Sequence record: MN871451.1
Strand: one strand, 5' to 3'
Length of the DNA stretch: 64,000 nucleotides
The notes under the pieces were generated by a model, which had not been told where the DNA came from, made no database searches, and saw nothing but the letters and a program-made list of their open reading frames with translations. Below are positions 37,036-44,489 of this stretch, one piece after another. The stretch's first letter is position 1. Each line of letters starts with the position of its first letter. The position numbers were made by a program, and so were the translations under genes.

Positions 37036-39321
37036 ATGGCACGTCCTAAAAAAGGTCTACTGGGCGCCGGCGCTGCTGGTGCTATTAAATCACTGGTCGA
37101 CAGCGTTCGCCAGTCCGTTGAAAAGAACCACACCCTGCTGCCGCAGGGCGCTGCCGCTGGTGTCATGTCTGTTGCGCTGGAAAGCTACGGTGAACTGGGC
37201 GTAAACCCGGAAGAAGTAGAATCCACCCTGGAAGCGGTCAAAGAGTCCCTGAACGACGCGGTCGATCAGATCAGCTCCATCACCGAATCTGCTGATGCAG
37301 TAGACGGCGAAGGCGAAGGCTTTGTTGACGGCGGTGAAGAACTGCGTGAACACCAGAAAGAAGTTGCGGTTGAAGCAGCTGCTGTCCTGGCGATGTCTCA
37401 CAACGCACCGCGCGCTTACTACCGTGACGGTTACAGCATTCCGTCCTTTGAAAACGACGTTCGTGTTAACGAATTCGTTTCTGCGGGTGCTAACGGTTCC
37501 ATTGCGACCCTGCCGGCCGGTTCCCTGCCGTCTCTGGAATCTTTCGACGAGAAAGAAACCGAAAAATGGCGTGAACACTCCTACGCGATCAACATGATCG
37601 TAGCGAAACAGCACGAGTTCGCTGAACTGTTCTATCGCACCTATATCGTGACCCCGGACCAGGCTGGCTTCCAGCTGTCTATCCGTCGTAACATGGTGTG
37701 GGAAGGCTGGACCGGTGAAGGTCTGGGCGGCGAGAAACAAGAAATCATCAAGCGTAACATCCTGCAGGGCCTGCTGGATTACACCACTCTGGAAACCAAC
37801 AGCACTGAGCTGATCCCGGTTATCCAGTCTGGCGAAAACGACGACCAGTTCATCGCCCCGTCGGTTCTGGCTGCGCAGACCGTGAAACAGGGTAAAGACA
37901 CCTTCGATACCAACTTCCTGAAATTCAGCGAAAACGGCGAAGGCTTCAACCTGCTGATGCTGGCGCAAACGCCGTCCCGTCTGAAAAAAGGTTCCATGAC
38001 CTTTACCGACTCCCTGGACAGCCGTATTGCCCTGAAACAACTGCTGGTCTCCGTCACCAAAGGCGGCACCACTGAACTGCTGGCGCTGGACGTTAACCAG
38101 AACCAGTACGCTGCGTACACCGCGACCCGCGAATACAACTTCCGTCAGATGCAGCTGAAATTCCATACCGCTATCGGTCTGGGCGATCAGACTCGTCTGG
38201 TGAACGGCGCTGAATCTACAATCTTCGGTTCTCTGTTCGATCAGGGTTATCGCGTTGAGCTGGACGTGAAAATCGACGGCGAAATGAACGTTGAAAACGG
38301 TAACGGCGACACCTCTCTGCGTTCTCTGCGCGTTGCTCGCGTCTTCGACAAAGACGGTAAAGAAATCGCGCTGACCGATTCGCGCGTTGCTGCGGTACTG
38401 TCCGGTCTGGAAGTGAAAGGCGAAGGCTATAGCCTGGAAGCTCGTCTGACCAACATCAACCAGCTGGAAATGGGTCTGCTGATTGACTCCGACGTACAGA
38501 AACAAGGTTTCATGATCCCGACTCTGCCGCCGCTGGTTATCGTTAAACCGGCCATGGTTGAAGACGACAAAACCTATCCGCGCCTGGAAGCTCTGACCAC
38601 CGCGTATCGTATCCAGATGCGTAACAACGCCGTAACCACCCTGCTGAACCGCGCAGACACCCTGAAGTCCTATCTGGGCGTTGGCGTTCCGCACCCGATC
38701 GAGTCCAACCTGGGTCTGGAAGGTGTTGGTCAGTACTACGTGCGTCCGTACTTCAACGAAGCGACCATCGATGTTCTGAACGATCTGAACAGCCTGACCT
38801 CTGCTGCAAAACAGAGCGATATTCAGGGCCTGATCGTGTCCAAGATCAACGAAATGGTTTACACCGCAGATCAGCTGACCGGTTACACCGCTGCTCTGGA
38901 AGCTGCCTTCTCTGGCCGTTCTCCGAAGCCGCACGTAGCTATCGGTACTGACATGCGTCTGCCGCAGTACATCCAGATCAACGGCGACGACCGCACCGTG
39001 GGTATCGGTTACGATTACACCATCGCGCGTATCTCCGATCTGCGTATGAAAGACAAGATCGTCATGACTTTCATCCTGCCGAACGAGTCTGAACCGCATC
39101 CGCTGCAGCACGGCGTTCTGGGCTTCATCCCGGAATACCTGGTTGATTTCAACATGATCCGTAACCAACGTATCGGTAAAGAAATCCGCCTGACTCCGCG
39201 CTACCGCTATTTCAACTTCCTGCCGATCATGCTGGTCATCAACGTGATCAACCTGGAAGAAGCGATCGCACAGCGTACCTCGCTCGACGTTAACGAAACT
39301 CAGGTTGTTCCTGCGTCCTAA
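37036..39321 (+). CDS. Major capsid protein precursor (phiKZ gp120-like)
   Basis: 761 aa, extreme highly-expressed codon bias, ~168-aa propeptide ending PSLE/SFD, C-terminal ...LTPRYRYFNFLPIM, SD AAGGA, followed by a UUCG hairpin. Confidence 0.92.
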   Translation: MARPKKGLLGAGAAGAIKSLVDSVRQSVEKNHTLLPQGAAAGVMSVALESYGELGVNPEEVESTLEAVKESLNDAVDQISSITESADAVDGEGEGFVDGGEELREHQKEVAVEAAAVLAMSHNAPRAYYRDGYSIPSFENDVRVNEFVSAGANGSIATLPAGSLPSLESFDEKETEKWREHSYAINMIVAKQHEFAELFYRTYIVTPDQAGFQLSIRRNMVWEGWTGEGLGGEKQEIIKRNILQGLLDYTTLETNSTELIPVIQSGENDDQFIAPSVLAAQTVKQGKDTFDTNFLKFSENGEGFNLLMLAQTPSRLKKGSMTFTDSLDSRIALKQLLVSVTKGGTTELLALDVNQNQYAAYTATREYNFRQMQLKFHTAIGLGDQTRLVNGAESTIFGSLFDQGYRVELDVKIDGEMNVENGNGDTSLRSLRVARVFDKDGKEIALTDSRVAAVLSGLEVKGEGYSLEARLTNINQLEMGLLIDSDVQKQGFMIPTLPPLVIVKPAMVEDDKTYPRLEALTTAYRIQMRNNAVTTLLNRADTLKSYLGVGVPHPIESNLGLEGVGQYYVRPYFNEATIDVLNDLNSLTSAAKQSDIQGLIVSKINEMVYTADQLTGYTAALEAAFSGRSPKPHVAIGTDMRLPQYIQINGDDRTVGIGYDYTIARISDLRMKDKIVMTFILPNESEPHPLQHGVLGFIPEYLVDFNMIRNQRIGKEIRLTPRYRYFNFLPIMLVINVINLEEAIAQRTSLDVNETQVVPAS

Positions 39322-39355
39322 GTTAACGCGCGTAAGTTAGTTGACTAACTCTTAG

Positions 39356-39391
39356 CCCAGTCTCCCGCTTCGGCGGGAGACTGGGTCTATG
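39356..39391 (+). terminator. 13-bp UUCG hairpin after the capsid gene, followed by TATG
   Basis: CCCAGTCTCCCGC-ttcg-GCGGGAGACTGGG, TATG at 39388, no U-tract. Confidence 0.8.
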
Positions 39392-39418
39392 TCCGTCAAA
39401 TCGAAAAATGTTCAGACC

Positions 39419-39426
39419 TATATTAC
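39419..39426 (+). promoter_or_regulatory. phiKZ-type early promoter motif TATATTAC
   Basis: Exact match to the phiKZ early (virion RNAP) promoter consensus, in an intergenic gap 90 nt upstream of the operon encoding an nvRNAP subunit, which must be expressed early. Confidence 0.65.
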
Positions 39427-39515
39427 CTTATTGAGAGTGTATAGAAGGATCCTTGAGAAAGATCCAAACTGACCGGAACGAAAGTTCCATTTCAATTCAC
39501 TAACAGGAAGTACGG

Positions 39516-40514
39516 ATGGTCTATAAGAGAGATAATCCTCGAAAAGAAAAGATGCCCCATGAGTTTCTAGTGATGGCAAATGATTACCGTACAGGGAATT
39601 GTGATTTATCCGTTACCATGGAGATCACTAACAACTATCGGTACGATCTTGCTGTACAGAAATCCGATGGGACTGACAATGTTGTATTTTCTCACGGAAC
39701 GGCAAAGTTACGTGGGTATTTGATCATCCACCTTACCGTACTCTATTGCACTGATACGGTCAATATTGACGACCCGAAGAATAATTATGCTGAGGCGAGC
39801 TTCGGCCTTTATGATGCTGTCAAAGGTAACTGCATGGTGCACTTTGACGAGGACCTACGTTGTTCGAGAAACCATTACAAATACCGTATGGTGTTCTTGA
39901 TAGACGAAAGCGATTTCGATACGTTAGGGTCGGAGATTAGCGTCCCGGGTTTAGGGATGCGGATTTCTAAAGCGTCATTGGTTGATCGTGAAGAAACCAT
40001 TCACGATATTGTCCAGGATGATATCGGGTGTAAAATCAGTAAGGTGTCAGGTATTGTCGTGAGTGCTGTCGACAAAGAACGATTTGTCGAAGGGCTTTAT
40101 TATACCATCGGTAACCAGGTATTGAAAGTCAATATCTCTCGTGCGTCTAACGAGCCCGATGGCGTCACTGTTCAAAACTACGGCAAAATTAAGGAGGGAC
40201 TTCGCTTATTAGCGACCAAAAACTTCTTTTCTTTCGAAGATGCAATATCGGGAAACAATCCGTTAGGGATTAAGTTCCATACGTCCCGAGAAGCAGCTTT
40301 GAAAGAACTTGAGATGGAAAAGGCGTCGTTAAAGGAAGGGAAGCAAAGCGAAGATAAAGAGAAGAAAGCGAAAGTGGTCTCAGCCTGGATTAAAGCCGGC
40401 GGAGAATTTATTAAATCCATTCTACCGACTATGATGAAAGCCGGAAAATGGTTACTGTCTTTCTTGACGAAGAAGGCGGTGTTGGGTGCGACCGCGGCCG
40501 CGGTTGTGTTATAG
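39516..40514 (+). CDS. Conserved hypothetical protein with an amphipathic/hydrophobic C-terminus
   Basis: 332 aa, SD AGGA, ends ...AWIKAGGEFIKSILPTMMKAGKWLLSFLTKKAVLGATAAAVVL. Confidence 0.75.
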   Translation: MVYKRDNPRKEKMPHEFLVMANDYRTGNCDLSVTMEITNNYRYDLAVQKSDGTDNVVFSHGTAKLRGYLIIHLTVLYCTDTVNIDDPKNNYAEASFGLYDAVKGNCMVHFDEDLRCSRNHYKYRMVFLIDESDFDTLGSEISVPGLGMRISKASLVDREETIHDIVQDDIGCKISKVSGIVVSAVDKERFVEGLYYTIGNQVLKVNISRASNEPDGVTVQNYGKIKEGLRLLATKNFFSFEDAISGNNPLGIKFHTSREAALKELEMEKASLKEGKQSEDKEKKAKVVSAWIKAGGEFIKSILPTMMKAGKWLLSFLTKKAVLGATAAAVVL

Positions 40515-40537
40515 TTGATTGAAATAAGGATGCATGT

Positions 40538-42154
40538 GTGGCTGATATAGCATTGTTTAATGACATTGTTGAACCGTTACCCAAGTTCAACAAAGACATT
40601 GCCGGTGGATTTGCTGTTAAGGATTTAGAGGATGCCGAACAGTATATCGATCGAATTGCGCATTGTGCGGCACAGGACTTTCCTCCCGATGTCGAATACC
40701 TGGGGATGCGTAGACTGACGCCCTACGAAGAGTCTCAGGCGATCATTAAAGGGAATGAAAAGGCGGAACGTCGTGGGGAAGTTGATATTGCGCAAACTGA
40801 CGCGGTGATGTCGGAAATGAAACTGCGTTTTCAGAAAATCCACATCCTACCACGGAACATCAATATTCCGTTTGTCAGGGAAGCAGGGACGTTATGGTTA
40901 GGCGGCTCACGTGCAACAATTCATCCGATCCTGGCGGATTTGGTTTTCTCGGTCGCCGGGAATGATTTGTTCACAATCCTCTTCCGAGCGAAGTTCACCT
41001 TGAAACGGAGTATTTACAGTGTCCTACAAGACGGCGAATCAATCCCGTCCTTTGTAGTCTACGGAAATATCTATCAAGGTAAAACAGGGAACGAAGGGAA
41101 GAAATCGTCGTTTAACTCGACGCTGGGTCATTACCTGTTCTGTAAGTATGGCGTAACGGAAACCTTTAAACGTTTCTACGACATTGACGTCGTGATCGAA
41201 GAGAACCGCCACAACTTACGTGAGGATTACCCAGAACAAGACTACGTGATCTTTACCACGCAAGGGTTACCGCCGCCGGAACGCCGCCGCGCTATCAGCG
41301 ATTGGAAACCCACGAACCTGGCGTTGATCATTCCGCGTGAAGCGGTGTTGAACAATATCGGTGTTCAGTTACTGGCGACGCATTTCTTCTACGTCGTCGA
41401 TCGTTACCCGCAACGCTTCAATTTGCAGTACATCGATATGCCAGACACGTGGCGCATTATCATGGGCTTTATTCTGCATCAGGGGAACGAGAACGAAGGG
41501 AAACTGCTCAACAAGGTTGATCTCCATCTTAAGTCGCTCGACTCTTACGTTGATGGCGAGACGAAGAAAAACCTTCGTCAAGAAGGGATCATGGCCAATG
41601 ACCTTTACGAGTTGTTTATCCATATCCTTGAGACAATCCAGGATCGACTGAAAGACGATAATTCGGGTAACATGTGGGGGAAATATCTCCTGGTGAAACG
41701 GTATGCGTTATCGGGCATCACGGAGAGTATCTTTAACTTTACCTGGCAGTTAGAAAAAGAACAGAAAACGCTGCGACTGAAGCGGTTAACATGGAAGCTG
41801 TCCAGTTTCCTAACCACTAACGCATTCCTCGGTATCCAACGGGGACACGGCGAACTTAACTCTGTTCAGTACCCAGGCGATAACATGATTTTCAAACATA
41901 CATGTATCGCTATCCGTCAAGTCAATGCTGTTATCGGTAAAGGTAAGACAAAAAGTTTCAAACCTAACGAAACGGCTTACCACCTGCATTCAAGTATCAT
42001 GGAATGTGGTTCAGTGTGCAACTTTGCGAAAGGTATCCCCGACGGCCGTGGACGTCTAAACGTTTACGCCCACACCGACGACGCCGGGAAATTTATTCGT
42101 AATCCGAAAAACATTGAACTCCTCGATATGGTACAGCGGGAAATTACCGAATAA
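40538..42154 (+). CDS. Non-virion RNA polymerase beta-like subunit, N-terminal part (phiKZ gp123-like)
   Basis: [24 protein letters not shown] matches RpoB [51 protein letters not shown] matches the RpoB HPTHYGRVCP...GLINSLSVYA region. GTG start, SD AAGGA. Confidence 0.88.
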   Translation: [538 protein letters not shown]

Positions 42155-42196
42155 ACCATTTTAAATAATTAACTAATCTCGCAGGAGTAATTCTAC

Positions 42197-44416
42197 ATGT
42201 ATAACCGTCGTCGTAATGAGATGGATTTTAACGATCGCAACCTGGCTGCTTTCCTGGATGAACGCATCAGCGAACTGTCCCGTGACGATCCGTTCTTCGA
42301 ATACCTTGACGATGCGATTCGTCGCAGTCGTCAGACCCGTGAAAACTTAATCAACTTCGTTTTCGACTCCATGGAAATGTTAGTTGACCTCCGTAAAGAA
42401 CCAGATGACCTTTGGGAAGGAGCAATTGAACTCGCCTCATTTTTTGCCGGGGCGCTGATCAAAGAAGACCGTAGTGTCGATATCCCCGATCGCCGTACAG
42501 AAGACGACATGCTGTTTTTGGCTGACAATGCTAATAAACTGCGTCGTGCACTGGAAGAGTATGCGGAAGAAGCTGATCGTGGTCGCCGCTTTGGTGACCG
42601 TGGACGCGACGACCGCCGTGGTGGTTTTGGTCGTAGCAGTGGCGGCTTCGGCCGTGGGCGCGAAGAAGAGCGTCGTGGGCGTTATGAAGGCCGTGGTCGT
42701 GATGAACGCAGAGGTCGTTACGAAGATCGCGATGATCGTGGACGGAATTCCGGTGGTTTCGGTTCTCGTCCAGGCCGTTACGAAAGCGCTATCCCTACTC
42801 GTGGTCGTGCTGACTCTCGTCGGGAACCTGCGGTAGATATTAATGCTGCCCGTAACAATCGTCGTCGTGTTAACCCGTATGTCGCCACCGCCCGTATGCG
42901 CGAACAAGCAAACGGGAATGAAGTGAATCGTGACGAACGTGACGATTTCGAAATGCCAGACCCACGCACCGCGAACGCCGCGCCGGCGTACGAGCGAGTA
43001 GAACCGCATGAAGTCACTCGTCCCGCTTCATTCAGTAAAAAGAAAGCCGCGCCGGCTGAACCTGCACCGGGTTACTCGTCAAAAGGTAACCGCTTAGCGA
43101 ATCGTCCTATTACCCGTGAAGACATTGAATCGGGTCTGATCAAATTAGACGATTACGAAGTGGTCATGTCTATCCCGCTCCATCCGAACGAAGTGAATAA
43201 CCACCGTCCAATCGCATGGGAAGTGGACTCTGTTCGCCCTGTATGGGACATCACCAGTGACGGTTATCGTTACATGGCGTTTGAACCGTTAACCGCTGAA
43301 GAGGTAAAAGAAGTGGATCGTAAAATTCACGAACTGAACGTCATCGGCGCAAAAGAAGCCGATAATCGTTATCACCCGAAAAACGCCGAGATCCGTAAAG
43401 CGATCGCCGGCCCACGTTTTAACGTGAAAGCTAACCGCGAACTTCGTGACCAGGACCGTCAGGAGTACGAAGCCGTGGTTGCCAGTATCAAGGAAGAAAA
43501 CAGCGCACTGCCGCCGGAAGAACAGAAAGTGGTTCCTGAAGCCCCGAACGCGGGAACAATCTCGTTCGAGAATATTCTCCGTTCAGATGAAACGGTGAAG
43601 GGGTTCGGTCTGGGTCATATCCGTATGCAGGAAATGTCTCGTACCGAAGAAATGACCAACGATCAGAACGGTCACCTGCACACCAACTTCAATGCGTTCC
43701 AAACCGCCGCGGAATCCTACGAGCCGATTTACACTTGCGCTACGCCGGAAGAAGCACGGTTCACGCTGCGTCAACTGGAGATGACGGGTCTCAACTTCAA
43801 TGACAATATTGAACTGAGCTATATTCAGGATATCCACGATAACCTGAAGCGTGTCATCGATCGTGTTCCTGTTGCGCTGGTAGTGGCTGCGAAACGCCAT
43901 ATCGTCGAACTGGTGAACTCTATCTTCCGTCTGGAAATGGGTTGCGGTCTGCGCATTGAAAGCTTTGAAGATCTGGCGACGTTGGCGGATGACGTCACTA
44001 AAGCACGTGGCGCTGAGTTTGCGAAGAAACTGGCTGGCGCGTTCTCGTTCCACCTGGCTAACTTCCAGATGTTTAAATTGGGTTCAGGGATTATTGGTGC
44101 CGGTGTCAACGAAACCACCGATGCGCGTACCATCTATGTGGTAAAACGTATCAATATGGTTATCGCCCCGATGCTGGTTAACGACCTGAAACTGAGAATC
44201 AGTGCTGATGCTCAGCCGGGTGAAATCTTCTTCGTGTCCCAAGAAACCTCACCTAAACTGCATAACGCGCTGAAAGCCATGAACTTTAATGCCGGTAGCG
44301 ATATCGCGTGCCTGAACTATATCTGGTTCGCCGATAACAGCTGGTTAGAAGTCCGCAAAGATTATCAGGATGCTAAATCCGATAGCTTTGTACTGGCTCT
44401 GCGTCGTCAAGACTAA
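42197..44416 (+). CDS. Large conserved protein with an Arg/Gly/Asp-rich low-complexity insert
   Basis: 739 aa, SD AGGAG. RG/RGG/GRY-rich tract at about 42578-42810. Confidence 0.8.
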   Translation: MYNRRRNEMDFNDRNLAAFLDERISELSRDDPFFEYLDDAIRRSRQTRENLINFVFDSMEMLVDLRKEPDDLWEGAIELASFFAGALIKEDRSVDIPDRRTEDDMLFLADNANKLRRALEEYAEEADRGRRFGDRGRDDRRGGFGRSSGGFGRGREEERRGRYEGRGRDERRGRYEDRDDRGRNSGGFGSRPGRYESAIPTRGRADSRREPAVDINAARNNRRRVNPYVATARMREQANGNEVNRDERDDFEMPDPRTANAAPAYERVEPHEVTRPASFSKKKAAPAEPAPGYSSKGNRLANRPITREDIESGLIKLDDYEVVMSIPLHPNEVNNHRPIAWEVDSVRPVWDITSDGYRYMAFEPLTAEEVKEVDRKIHELNVIGAKEADNRYHPKNAEIRKAIAGPRFNVKANRELRDQDRQEYEAVVASIKEENSALPPEEQKVVPEAPNAGTISFENILRSDETVKGFGLGHIRMQEMSRTEEMTNDQNGHLHTNFNAFQTAAESYEPIYTCATPEEARFTLRQLEMTGLNFNDNIELSYIQDIHDNLKRVIDRVPVALVVAAKRHIVELVNSIFRLEMGCGLRIESFEDLATLADDVTKARGAEFAKKLAGAFSFHLANFQMFKLGSGIIGAGVNETTDARTIYVVKRINMVIAPMLVNDLKLRISADAQPGEIFFVSQETSPKLHNALKAMNFNAGSDIACLNYIWFADNSWLEVRKDYQDAKSDSFVLALRRQD

Positions 44417-44426
44417 TCGGTAATAA

Positions 44427-44489
44427 CCCTCCCACAGAGAGCTTTCGCTCTCTGTGGGAGGGAAGAGGGTTTGTGCCCTCTTTTTTTTA
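44427..44489. terminator. Tandem hairpins between convergent genes (bidirectional terminator)
   Basis: 16-bp CCCTCCCACAGAGAGC-tttc-GCTCTCTGTGGGAGGG, then AAGAGGG-tttgtg-CCCTCTT and a T-run. Confidence 0.85.

Noticed and set aside
37090-39168. 692-aa ORF antisense to the major capsid gene
   Set aside because: It is codon-for-codon in register with the capsid gene. The capsid's extreme codon bias avoids TTA, CTA and TCA, which removes antisense stops. No SD or recognisable motif.
6210-42154. Introns, inteins or homing endonucleases in the RNAP, polymerase and helicase genes
   Set aside because: The ORFs are uninterrupted and of unexpanded size, and I saw no LAGLIDADG, HNH, GIY-YIG or intein-terminal motifs.
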